Source: Betaproteobacteria bacterium (GTDB lineage Bacteria; Pseudomonadota; Gammaproteobacteria; Burkholderiales; SHXO01). From it: 32,909 nucleotides of DNA. Of this stretch, positions 16,189 to 25,742 are shown piece by piece. The DNA lies in the NCBI GenBank assembly GCA_039934195.1, contig JBDTMS010000001.1, positions 1-32,909 on the forward strand. The letters are read 5' to 3'. Position 1 is the first letter of the stretch, and each line of letters begins with the position of its first letter. The position numbers and the translations under genes are program-made. Under the pieces are notes generated by a model. It was not told where the DNA came from. It saw only the letters and a list, made by a program, of their open reading frames with translations, and searched no databases.

Positions 16189-16899
16189 ATGCAGCATAGC
16201 GATGAAGAGCTGCTTGAGCATTACGCGATACACGATCGGACGGCTCAGCGCGTTCGCGCCAACTTCATCGCCAGCCTAGACGGGGCCGCGACTCACGATG
16301 GACGCACGAGGGGCCTAAACAACGCGGACGACAAGAAGGTCTTCGACATTCTTCGCATGGTATGCGATGTCGTTCTGGTGGGCGCAGGAACGCTTCGCAC
16401 GGAAGGTTACGGTGACCTGCGAGTCGAGGATCCAGCGGTCGTCTGGCGCGTCAAGCACGGCTTACCCGCGCAGCCAACACTCGCGGTCGTGTCCGGACAG
16501 CTGGATCTTAGCCCGGAGATGGCCGCATTTGCACTGGCTCCAACACGACCGATCATTTTTACGCACAAACGCTCAGCATTGGAGAAGAGGCAAGACCTGT
16601 CTCGTGTGGCAGACGTCACGGTGTGCGGCAACGAAACGCTGGATCCGCGCACGATGCTGGCCGCCTTGGCACAACGCGGACTCCGCCAGGTGCTGTGCGA
16701 GGGCGGCCCGCATCTGTTTGGCACGCTCATCGAAGCGGACTGCGTGGACGAGTTGTGCTTGACGCTCAGCCCAGTTCTAGAAAATGGCAGCGCAGGGCGT
16801 ATCACGGCAGGCGCCGCGCAAACGCCGCGTGGCATGCGGCTTGGGCATGCAATTTCCGCTGGAGACATGCTGATGTTGCGATATGAGCGTTCTCGGTGA
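16189..16899 (+). CDS. RibD C-terminal domain / pyrimidine reductase family protein (DHFR-fold reductase)
   Basis: ANFIASLDGAATHDGRTRGLNNADDKKVFDILRMVCDVVLVGAGTLRTEGY...VLCEGGPHLFGTLIEADCVDELCLTLSPVL. The ATG lies 5 nt after the folP-like stop. Confidence 0.8.
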   Translation: MQHSDEELLEHYAIHDRTAQRVRANFIASLDGAATHDGRTRGLNNADDKKVFDILRMVCDVVLVGAGTLRTEGYGDLRVEDPAVVWRVKHGLPAQPTLAVVSGQLDLSPEMAAFALAPTRPIIFTHKRSALEKRQDLSRVADVTVCGNETLDPRTMLAALAQRGLRQVLCEGGPHLFGTLIEADCVDELCLTLSPVLENGSAGRITAGAAQTPRGMRLGHAISAGDMLMLRYERSR

Positions 16900-17205
16900 T
16901 GAGAGACTTTCTTCCTTACGGCAGTCTGCAGCGATTCGCCCAACCTCCTGGAAGTCTCGCGTACGCTCCTGTTTGGCCGCAACGACGCGCTCCTACACCA
17001 GGCCGCGGGTCCGATGCCTGGATGGGAGTTTGAACCGTGGCAGCGGGCGCGGCGCGGGTGATGCCGGAGGGGACTTGATTTGCTCGGCCGGCGGCGACAC
17101 GCATGCGCTACGAGCCAGTGAAGATTCCTTCGCTCTTACCACGATGCTGTTGCATGGCGCATCGCGGTGCATGCGGTGACCGGCCTGGACGACAAACGAA
17201 ATCGC

Positions 17206-17784
17206 ATGGACACGCCTCTTATCTGCACGATTGGCCATTCCAATCGGCCGCTGGATACGTTTGTACAGTTGCTCAGGAGCAATGAGGTTGTGCGGGTACT
17301 CGACGTGAGGACCGTGCCACGGTCGCGCCACAATCCGCAGTTCAATCGAGACACATTTCCTGAATCCTTGAACGCGGTCCAGATTGGTTATAACCATCTT
17401 GCGAGTCTCGGCGGCTTGCGCCACGCGCGTCCTGATTCCCTCAACTCCGGCTGGCACAATCTCTCGTTTCGCGGTTATGCGGATTACATGCAGTCCGCCG
17501 AGTTTGCCGAGAACGTTCAATGGGTCGCGGAACTGGCGAGCACGGAGCGTTGTGTCTTGATGTGCGCCGAAGCTGTTCCCTGGCGCTGTCATCGGTCGAT
17601 GATCGGCGACGCACTTCTTGTCCGAGGCGTTCGCGTCGAGGACATTATCGGACCGAAGGGACGCAAACCGCACGTTCTTACCGCGTTCGCCCACGTTGAT
17701 GGCGTGCAAATCACTTATCCCCCGCCAGCCGACATGCCTCGGCAGACCCCTCTCGTGGACGAGGGGGGAACGAGCGCCGGGTGA
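17206..17784 (+). CDS. DUF488 family protein
   Basis: MDTPLICTIGHSNRPLDTFVQLLRSNEVVRVLDVRTVPRSRHNPQFN...VLMCAEAVPWRCHRSMI is the typical DUF488 pattern. Confidence 0.8.
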   Translation: MDTPLICTIGHSNRPLDTFVQLLRSNEVVRVLDVRTVPRSRHNPQFNRDTFPESLNAVQIGYNHLASLGGLRHARPDSLNSGWHNLSFRGYADYMQSAEFAENVQWVAELASTERCVLMCAEAVPWRCHRSMIGDALLVRGVRVEDIIGPKGRKPHVLTAFAHVDGVQITYPPPADMPRQTPLVDEGGTSAG

Positions 17785-17844
17785 TGACGCGAGCGCAGTG
17801 CGTCTGCGCAGGTGAATGCGTTTCGTCGTGCAGCGGGGGAGACT

Positions 17845-17863
17845 TTGTATCATGTTGTGATAT
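17845..17863. repeat. TTGTATCATGTTGTGATAT, the second copy of the 8248 motif (imperfect palindrome TATCAT-GTT-GTGATA)
   Basis: Seen directly. Lies in the noncoding gap about 265 bp upstream of the DUF2249 gene. Confidence 0.8.
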
Positions 17864-18127
17864 GCTTTCACTCGTGTAGAACGAGCCTCGAAATGCCCGA
17901 ACACGGCATATCGAACGCCGATTCTGAAAAGCCGGCTGATGTTCGCAATCCATTGCGCCGTTTCGCCGCGCTTCAGCACCGATGTCGCGCAGGCAGAAAT
18001 CGACTTCGTTGCAATACTTGCTGCCGCTTCGACTCGAAGGCTCTTCCGGCGGGAATGACGACCCCTGACGACCGCTGGGGAGCTAGACCAGAACCGCTTT
18101 TCGTGCAAACTCGACGGGACTTCTGAC

Positions 18128-18391
18128 ATGGCCAATCCGCATCTCCACCTCCAAGCCGACCAGCTTTATCCGTTCGACGCCCGCGGAATCGCCAAGCGTT
18201 TCCGTCACGCAGCGATCTTCGGTGCACTGGATGCCCTGTCGCCGGGGGAAACCATGCGCTTCTGCAATGACCACGATCCGCTGCCGCTTCTCAACCAGTT
18301 GCGTGCGCGTTACGGCGATAAGGTGGAGATCCACTACGTCAAGCGCGAACCAGGCGAGATCGTCATCGACTTCGCCAAAACGCAGGAATAA
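18128..18391 (+). CDS. DUF2249 domain protein
   Basis: 87 aa. FDARGIAKRFRHAAIFGALDALSPGETMRFCNDHDPLPLLNQL matches the DUF2249 pattern (..R.....rh..If.a.d.L.pGe......dHdP.PL). Confidence 0.75.
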   Translation: MANPHLHLQADQLYPFDARGIAKRFRHAAIFGALDALSPGETMRFCNDHDPLPLLNQLRARYGDKVEIHYVKREPGEIVIDFAKTQE

Positions 18392-18765
18392 CGGCGATAT
18401 ATCAGACGTACGCGTAACGGCGATGTATTCGCGTGATGTGTCCGTTAAGCGATAAGCCGAAGGCCTGATCGAGCTATGGTCCATCCAGCTATCGGCGTCT
18501 TCTCCAAGAGAAGTAGTCCCACGAATCAACCGGACCGGGACTTCACGCGCTTGCGCTCCGGCAACGCACCAAGGCGCGTGAACTGGCGAGCTTTCAGCGG
18601 ACTAAAATGCAGTCTCGAACTTTGCGCAATGCATCGTAGCAAGATGAAAGAAGCGCAAAGGGTGGAATGCAACCACGCAATATCGCGCTCGTGGTCGGGA
18701 TGTCCTGTCCGGTAACGTCCTCGGTCACTCTCGATTAGGCGCGGCCCCCGGAAAGAGCGAGTGAG

Positions 18766-20061
18766 ATGATGAGCAGCAGACAGCCGGATGTCGATCTTGC
18801 AAAGCTGCAGCGCGAATCATTCAACTACTTCGTGCAGGAAACGAATGCCAGCAACGGGCTGGTGCGCGACAAGAACGAACCGGGCTGGCCGGCCAGCATT
18901 GCGGCCGTCGGACTCGCGCTCGCGGCATATCCGGTGGCCATCCAGTGTAACTTCATCACGCGCGCTTGGGCGATCGAAAGAGTCCTCGCAACGCTGCGTT
19001 TTTTCTGGAACAGTCCGCAGGGCCGCGAACCGGACGCCACCGGCTACCGTGGCTTCTACTACCACTTTCTCGATATGCAGACCGGCCGGCGCGTCTGGCA
19101 GTGCGAGCTGTCTACCATCGACAGCACCTTTCTGCTGGCGGGTGCGTTGACTGCTGGAGCTTACTTCGATGCGGACACTGCCGCCGAGCATGAAATTCGC
19201 ACCTTGGCCCATGCGCTTTATCGCCGCGCCGATTGGCAATGGGCACAGAATCACGGTGCGACGGTAACGCACGGCTGGAAGCCTGAAAGTGGATTTCTCG
19301 AGTACCGCTGGGAAGGCTATGACGAGGCGCTGTTGTTGTACATCCTAGGGCTCGGCTCGCCCACACATCCGTTACCCGAGAGCAGTTATGCCGCATGGGC
19401 TTCCACTTACCGCTGGGAAAGCTGTTACGGTCAGGATTACCTATTCGCAGGTCCGTTGTTCACGCATCAACTCTCGCATGTCTGGATCGACTTTCGCGGC
19501 ATTCAGGACGCTTTCATGCGTGGCAAGGGCATCGACTATTTCGAGAACAGCCGCCGCGCCTCTTATGTGCAACGACAGTACGCGATCGATAATCCGCTCA
19601 AGTTCGTCGGCTACGGCGATCGCTGCTGGGGAGTTACCGCATGCGAGGGACCAGGCCCGCGCACGCTCAAAGTGGACGGCATCGAACGCCAGTTCTTCGA
19701 TTACCTGGGGAGAGGCGTGCCGTACGGACCCGATGACGGTACCCTGGCGCCGTGGGCGGTGGTGGCGTCGCTGCCATTCGCGCCGGAGATCGTACTGCCC
19801 GCGCTCGACTATTGTGTTCACGACGTGCGGTTAATGGACTCCAACCCGTACGGCTTCAAAGCGTCTTTCAACCCGACCTACCCGGTGAACTCCGACAATC
19901 CCTATTGCTGGGTATCGCCTTGGCATTTTGGGCTCAATCAAGGGCCGATCATTCTAATGATCGAAAACTATCGCACCGGCGCGCCGTGGCGATGGATGCG
20001 CAATTGCCCATACATCGTCAGCGGCCTGCGACGAGCGGGTTTTAGTGGCGGTTGGCTCTGA
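18766..20061 (+). CDS. Glucoamylase-family / GH144-like (beta-1,2-glucanase-like) protein, apparently cytoplasmic
   Basis: 431 aa. FNYFVQETNASNGLVRDK...GYRGFYYHFLDMQTG...STIDSTFLLAGALT...YDEALLLYILGLGSPTHPL...NPYGFKASFNP resembles the 'putative glucoamylase' family. No signal peptide. Confidence 0.7.
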   Translation: MMSSRQPDVDLAKLQRESFNYFVQETNASNGLVRDKNEPGWPASIAAVGLALAAYPVAIQCNFITRAWAIERVLATLRFFWNSPQGREPDATGYRGFYYHFLDMQTGRRVWQCELSTIDSTFLLAGALTAGAYFDADTAAEHEIRTLAHALYRRADWQWAQNHGATVTHGWKPESGFLEYRWEGYDEALLLYILGLGSPTHPLPESSYAAWASTYRWESCYGQDYLFAGPLFTHQLSHVWIDFRGIQDAFMRGKGIDYFENSRRASYVQRQYAIDNPLKFVGYGDRCWGVTACEGPGPRTLKVDGIERQFFDYLGRGVPYGPDDGTLAPWAVVASLPFAPEIVLPALDYCVHDVRLMDSNPYGFKASFNPTYPVNSDNPYCWVSPWHFGLNQGPIILMIENYRTGAPWRWMRNCPYIVSGLRRAGFSGGWL

Positions 20062-20388
20062 GCGCTCGCATCCATGATGAATTTTACCGAGGATGCCCGA
20101 ACAATAGCGTTTCCCTGCAGACTCGATAGCGGTATCACCTGAGGGTTGCGAGGGAATGTCGGCGCCCGATCTTGTCCGAGCACTCTCGCGCCTGGGGCCG
20201 GCTTTGCGAGCTCTCGCGTGAGACTGGTTTAACCTCCAAACTCGAAAGCGCACCCGCGTACCCGATCGAATGGTCCACATTGTGTTCGGCCAGGAAACAA
20301 TGTTGTTCACGCCGATCCCCTTATCAAACGCCCTCCGGCACCCTATATGTTAAGTAACGATCCATCGATTCTAAATACGAGAATTGCC

Positions 20389-20802
20389 ATGACCAATACC
20401 ATCTACATCACTGCACTCGATCAAAGACGCCTGCAAGTGCTGGCCGACGCTCTGACGGGAAATACCTACATGGAGCGCTACGCAACAATGCTGGTGGACG
20501 TTCTCGAGTCCGCAAAAGTCGTCACATCGGAGGCAATTCCCGCTGACGTCGTGACGATGAATAGCGTGCTGCGGTATGCAGACACGACCGCTCACAGCGC
20601 GAAGGAGATCACGCTGGTGTACCCGGAAGAAGCCGATACGGCGCAGGGCAAGGTTTCAGTGCTCTCTCCCATCGGCAATACTTTGTTGGGAATGAAAGTG
20701 GGAGAGACCGCGAGCCTGCGTCTGCCGCATGGAGGCGAGCGTGCTATTCGCGTTCTCAGGATCGTCTACCAGCCCGAGGCCGAGGGACACTTGACCACGT
20801 GA
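20389..20802 (+). CDS. rnk: Regulator of nucleoside diphosphate kinase (GreA/GreB-family C-terminal domain)
   Basis: MTNTIYITALDQRRLQVLAD...VVTMNSVLRY...VSVLSPIGNTLLGMKVGE...YQPEAEG parallels E. coli Rnk throughout. Confidence 0.85.
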   Translation: MTNTIYITALDQRRLQVLADALTGNTYMERYATMLVDVLESAKVVTSEAIPADVVTMNSVLRYADTTAHSAKEITLVYPEEADTAQGKVSVLSPIGNTLLGMKVGETASLRLPHGGERAIRVLRIVYQPEAEGHLTT

Positions 20803-21433
20803 TGGTCGCGATTACCATCCCAGGCGAGACCCCGCTCTTGCAAAAGCGTCGCCTCAGTTTTGAGTGTGCATGTGCGTCGGTTGATGCGGGCGGGATTCGG
20901 CCAAGGCTACGACAGGTTACGCGCAAGGTGCGCACCTACCTCGGCACGCTATCTATCAGCGGGCAACACGACTGCCTCCCAGCCTGATCTACCGAAGCAG
21001 ACTCCACCCAGCGTGTAGAGTCGCGATACGTCTCGATCAACAACACGCCCCTAGCGTGTGCGCTGTAGCAACGTATTCGCAGCAACACAGCAAACAGATG
21101 TAACCGCGCGACTCAGCCCCGGCGCGCTCGAGCGCAGACTCAGTTCGCCTGGTTGCGCTAGTCGCGGCTGAACGGTTTGCTGTGTTTAGCGTGCGTTGCA
21201 ATGCGCATCCGTCGAACGTTCCTGTCCGCACCGTGCTTTGGTTTCAGTGCTGGATTGGAGCGGTCAACTCCAATCTGCTGCAGGGCCGATCTCCATCTTC
21301 GATGTAGCCGCCCATATATTCGTAGTGGCGTCGAGCACCGGCCGGTTGATTCCCCTCGCAGCACGCTGGGCGTTTTCTCGGAACGGCGAGCACGGACGTG
21401 CGGGCACTAGCATTCTTGGACAACAGTCGACAT

Positions 21434-22315
21434 ATGACATTCAAATCGATATTGGTCGCAACTGATTTCTCGGACAGCGCCAGGCACGCCGCGTACCGCG
21501 GGGCCGTGCTCGCCGCAGAAAGCGGCGCCCAACTCGAGCTGTTGCATGTTATGAGCCGGCCCTCGTTGGACGCCCTGCGCGGAATGTTTCTCGCGCATCT
21601 CGCCGCAGAAGCCGCCCTGATCGACGATGTGCGATCGATGCTCAGTGAGCTGGGCGCAAATATCTCGTCGGACACGGGCGTTGCGGCGAATGCACGCGTC
21701 AGTATCGGCAACGTGCTGGACGATATTCTCGCCGCGTCCGAGCAGGCGGATATGACAGTGCTCGGCGCCCGTGGATTGAACCCGCTGCGCGACTCGATCA
21801 TCGGAACGACGGCAGAGCGCTTACTCAGAAAAATCAGGCGGCCCGTTCTCGTGGTCAAACGGGAGTCGCACGGAACATATAATAATGTGTTGGTGCCCGT
21901 GGACCTCTCGGAATATTCAGCGTCCGCGCTAAACCTGGCGTTGACTGTTGCACCCACCGCGCAAATAACACTGGTCCACGCGTTCGACCTCCCCTTCGAG
22001 GGGAAACTGCGGATGGCCGGCGTATCGCACTCAGAGATCGAACGTAACCGCGCTCACGCTCAACAACAGGCGCTGAGCCAAATCCGCAGTCTCACCGAGA
22101 ACGTTCATGGCAATATGCGCCGCTTCGCGGATGTCGTGGATCAAGCCGACCCGCGCCGCCTGATCGTTGCGAGGGAAAAGACGCTTCGCGCCGAGCTGAT
22201 CGTGCTAGCCAAGCACGGTTCGATGGTCGAAGACTTCTTTGTCGGCAGCGTAACACGCCACGTGCTTTCCTATTCGCAATGCGATGTACTGGTCGATACG
22301 ACCGGCGCGAGGTAA
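21434..22315 (+). CDS. Universal stress protein, tandem Usp domains
   Basis: Start at MTFKSILVATDFSDSA. The second domain begins YNNVLVPVDLSEYS and ends ...FFVGSVTRHVLSYSQCDVLV. Confidence 0.88.
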   Translation: MTFKSILVATDFSDSARHAAYRGAVLAAESGAQLELLHVMSRPSLDALRGMFLAHLAAEAALIDDVRSMLSELGANISSDTGVAANARVSIGNVLDDILAASEQADMTVLGARGLNPLRDSIIGTTAERLLRKIRRPVLVVKRESHGTYNNVLVPVDLSEYSASALNLALTVAPTAQITLVHAFDLPFEGKLRMAGVSHSEIERNRAHAQQQALSQIRSLTENVHGNMRRFADVVDQADPRRLIVAREKTLRAELIVLAKHGSMVEDFFVGSVTRHVLSYSQCDVLVDTTGAR

Positions 22316-22624
22316 CTTATCGTTCGAGCCTTGCCGGCAATGTGGAGCGGCTCAGCACGAGCGGGCCGATGCGCCACTGCAATGCGAACCGAGCGTCGAC
22401 GCCCTCTACCGTCAAACATCGCACGCTACTTCGAGTTGTGCCCAGGTTATCGAGTCAGCCTCCATACCGGCCGTCCACCGAATCGAGATTCAGCAATCGG
22501 TACATCGACAAACGTGGCCGAATGCCATCCAGAACAAAACAGTGCATCAGTGTGAAGCGAGGTCGGGGTCGGTCTCGGCCCTCGTCTGCTAAAAGCAAAT
22601 CGTCCGTCGCCTAAGAGACCTGAC

Positions 22625-22746
22625 GCTTGCCGAAATCGCAGCGCAGGCGGAATGACAAGAGGCGGCAGAGAAGGCTTGCTAGCCTGCAGCGGTCGGTCTG
22701 TGTTCGATCCTCTAAAATTATCCGGCGCTGCGAAAATCATGCAAGC
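22625..22746 (+). promoter_or_regulatory. Candidate structured leader element of the mrp operon, closed by a long-range helix
   Basis: GCTTGC (22625-30) pairs with GCAAGC (22741-46). TCGCAGCGC (22636-44) pairs with GCGCTGCGA (22725-33). An internal AGGCT-TGCT-AGCCT hairpin is present. The element sits about 100 nt upstream of mrpA in a 535-bp ORF-free leader. Confidence 0.25.
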
Positions 22747-22850
22747 ACGGCCGAGAAAAATACCCTATCGTTGCCGCCGACGTTTTGCTTGGGCGCGCTG
22801 ATTCCAATCGCCTTATGAAAAACCAATGAAGCAAACGCCCAAATAAGGTC

Positions 22851-25742
22851 ATGGCCCTGTCCGTCCTGCTTGCGCTGCCCTTCATTGGCAGTGTGATCGC
22901 GGCCCTGCTGCCGACGAACGCGCGCAACGCCGAGTCCACCTTGGCGGGGCTGGTGGCGCTCATCTGCGTCGTGCAGGTTGCGTTGCTGTTTCCCGCCCTC
23001 GGCAACGGCGGCGTGATTCGCGAAGAAATTCTCTGGCTGCCCAGTGTCGGACTCAATCTCGTGATCCGCATGGACGGGCTGGCGTGGATGCTCGCCATGC
23101 TGGTGACCGGCATCGGCGCCCTGGTCGTGCTGTACGCGCGCTACTACATGTCGCCTGCCGATCCGGTACCGCGCTTCTTTTCGTTTTTGCTCGCATTCAT
23201 GGGCGCCATGATGGGTATGGTGCTGTCGGGCAATCTGATCCAGCTGGTGTTCTTCTGGGAGCTCACCAGCTTGTTCTCCTTTCTTTTGATCGGCTACTGG
23301 CATCACCGTGCCGATGCGCGCCGGGGCGCGCGCATGGCGCTCATCGTCACCGGCGCCGGCGGTTTGTGTCTGTTCGCGGGGGCGCTGCTATTGGGGCACA
23401 TCGCGGGCAGCTACGACCTCGATGTAATCCTCGCGTCGGGCGCGATCGTGCGCGCGCATCCGTTGTACACGGTCACGCTCGTGCTCGTGCTGCTCGGCGC
23501 GTTCACCAAGAGTGCGCAGTTCCCTTTCCACTTCTGGCTGCCGCACGCGATGGCGGCGCCCACCCCGGTTTCCGCCTACCTGCATTCGGCTACGATGGTA
23601 AAGGCGGGCGTGTTTTTGCTGGCGCGCCTGTGGCCGGTGCTTTCAGGCACGGAGCAGTGGTTCTGGATCGTCGGTGGCGCCGGGTTGTGCACCTTGCTGC
23701 TGGGTGCGTATACGGCAATGTTCCAGAACGATCTCAAGCGCCTTCTCGCGTATTCGACGATCAGTCATCTCGGGTTGATAACGTTGTTGCTGGGTCTCAA
23801 TAGTTCGCTGGCCGCCGTCGCCGCTGTGTTCCATATCATGAACCATGCGACGTTCAAGGCCTCGCTGTTCATGGCAGCGGGCATCATCGACCACGAAACC
23901 GGGACGCGCGATATCCGCCGTCTCAACGGACTGTTCAAAGTGATGCCGATTACCGCAACGCTAGCGATGGTAGCGAGCGCAGCGATGGCCGGGGTGCCGC
24001 TGCTCAACGGATTTCTATCGAAGGAAATGTTCTTTGCCGAGACGGTGTACATCTCTTCGCTGCCCTGGGTGGAGTTCGGTCTTCCGCTGGCCGCAACGCT
24101 TGCGGGAATTTTCGCGGTGGCTTATTCCCTGCGCTTCAGTTACGACATTTTTTTCGATCCACTCTCAACCGATCTGCCGCGTCGGCCGCATGAACCGCCG
24201 CGCTGGATGCGTGTACCGGTCGATCTGCTGGTGCTTGCGTGTTTAGTGGTGGGAATGTTTCCGGAGATTTCAATCGGCTGGGCGCTGAGAGCGGCCGCGC
24301 TGCCGGTCGTCGGCGGACAATTGCCGGAGTACAGCCTGTCCGTCTGGCATGGCTTCAACGCACCGATGATCATGAGCGTTGTGGCCATCGGCGGCGGCAT
24401 CGTTGTGTATCTGTGGTTGCGTAAGCGGCTCGAGGGCGGCCGCATCGAGCGTCCGCTGTTGATTGGGTTTTTCGATGGCAAGCGTATGTACGAGCGCACG
24501 CTCGCAGCCGCGAACTTGGTGGCGCGCCGGGCGCTGCTGTTGTTCGGTACGCATCGGCTGCAGTCGCAATTGTTTGTGCTGATGAGCCTGACCGTTCTGG
24601 GGACGACTTTCGCATTGTGGGGACGCGACTTTAGCTGGGGCGAGCGCCCGCTGATTCCGATATCGCCGATGTTTGCGACACTGTGGCTGGTCGGAATGGC
24701 GGGCGCGATCGGTGCTGCATGGCAAGCCAAGTATCATCGGCTCGCAGCGCTGACGATGATCGCGATGGCCGGCCTTGCCACCTGCCTCACCTTCGTGTGG
24801 TTCTCCGCGCCTGATCTGGCTCTGACGCAGCTTGCGGTAGAGGTCGTCACCACCGTGCTGTTTCTGCTCGGTCTGCGGTGGTTGCCCAAGCGCATTCCCC
24901 TCGAGCTTCCGATAACGGCGCAAACGCTGTTGCGGCGTTCGCGCGACTTGGCGCTCGCCGTGTTATCGGGTTGCGGTATGGCAGCGTTGGCCTACGCAAT
25001 GCTCACGCGGCCTTTTCCGCAAAGCATCTCGCCTTACTTTCTAACCCGTACCTTGCCGGAGGGCGGCGGCACGAATGTGGTCAACGTGCTACTGGTGGAT
25101 TTTCGCAGCTTTGATACGATGGCCGAGATCACCGTGTTGGCCGCCGTGGCATTGACCGTTTATGCCTTGCTGCGACGGTTTCGGCCGCCACGCGAGACGG
25201 TTCAATCCCCGCCTCAGCAGCGCGCGCTGCCGCCCGATCTCATTACCGATCTGATCAATCCGCGTATCGCACGCGACACCGCGCTCGGCTTCATGCTCGT
25301 GCCTGCCGTACTGGTGCGGCTGCTGCTGCCGATCGCCATCGTGCTTGCCATCTATCTATTCATGCGCGGTCACAACGAATCGGGCGGTGGTTTCGTGGCC
25401 GGCCTCGTCGCATCCGTAGCGGTGATCCTGCAGTACATCGTCGCCGGCACGCAGTGGGTCGAGGCGCATATGGAATTGCGCCGCTCGCGCTGGATCGCCA
25501 TCGGACTTTTGTTCGCAGTGATAACCGGATTAGGCGCACTCGCGTTCGGTTATCCATTCCTGACGACCCACACGGCGCAACTGCATCTACCGGTGATCGG
25601 CGAGATCCATGTGCCGAGCGCGCTCTTTTTCGACATGGGCGTGTTCTCTGTGGTGGTCGGCGCTACCCTGCTGATCCTGACCGCGCTGGCGCACCAATCG
25701 GTGCGCAGCCACCGCGAGTCCGCTCATTCGGGAGCGCCGTGA
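22851..25742 (+). CDS. mrpA: Monovalent cation/H+ antiporter subunit A, fused MrpA/MrpB (PhaAB-type)
   Basis: 963-aa polytopic membrane protein. NuoL-like core (WELTSLFSFLLIGYWH, PTPVSAYLHSATMVKAGVFLL) plus a C-terminal MrpB-like domain. Confidence 0.95.
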   Translation: MALSVLLALPFIGSVIAALLPTNARNAESTLAGLVALICVVQVALLFPALGNGGVIREEILWLPSVGLNLVIRMDGLAWMLAMLVTGIGALVVLYARYYMSPADPVPRFFSFLLAFMGAMMGMVLSGNLIQLVFFWELTSLFSFLLIGYWHHRADARRGARMALIVTGAGGLCLFAGALLLGHIAGSYDLDVILASGAIVRAHPLYTVTLVLVLLGAFTKSAQFPFHFWLPHAMAAPTPVSAYLHSATMVKAGVFLLARLWPVLSGTEQWFWIVGGAGLCTLLLGAYTAMFQNDLKRLLAYSTISHLGLITLLLGLNSSLAAVAAVFHIMNHATFKASLFMAAGIIDHETGTRDIRRLNGLFKVMPITATLAMVASAAMAGVPLLNGFLSKEMFFAETVYISSLPWVEFGLPLAATLAGIFAVAYSLRFSYDIFFDPLSTDLPRRPHEPPRWMRVPVDLLVLACLVVGMFPEISIGWALRAAALPVVGGQLPEYSLSVWHGFNAPMIMSVVAIGGGIVVYLWLRKRLEGGRIERPLLIGFFDGKRMYERTLAAANLVARRALLLFGTHRLQSQLFVLMSLTVLGTTFALWGRDFSWGERPLIPISPMFATLWLVGMAGAIGAAWQAKYHRLAALTMIAMAGLATCLTFVWFSAPDLALTQLAVEVVTTVLFLLGLRWLPKRIPLELPITAQTLLRRSRDLALAVLSGCGMAALAYAMLTRPFPQSISPYFLTRTLPEGGGTNVVNVLLVDFRSFDTMAEITVLAAVALTVYALLRRFRPPRETVQSPPQQRALPPDLITDLINPRIARDTALGFMLVPAVLVRLLLPIAIVLAIYLFMRGHNESGGGFVAGLVASVAVILQYIVAGTQWVEAHMELRRSRWIAIGLLFAVITGLGALAFGYPFLTTHTAQLHLPVIGEIHVPSALFFDMGVFSVVVGATLLILTALAHQSVRSHRESAHSGAP

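Noticed and set aside
16993-18135. Long minus-strand ORF (380 aa). Similar long antisense ORFs lie at 2494-3501, 13667-14668, 14817-15776, 21244-21957, 24140-24923 and 156-776.
   Set aside because: They are Arg/Ala/Pro-rich, low-complexity translations lying antisense to or overlapping clearly homologous genes. These are typical shadow ORFs of high-GC DNA, and no family motifs were recognisable.
22690-22715. GTGTTCGATCC resembles a tRNA T-loop (GGTTCGAATCC).
   Set aside because: The flanking sequence cannot form T-stem, acceptor or anticodon arms. I found no cloverleaf here or anywhere else in the window.
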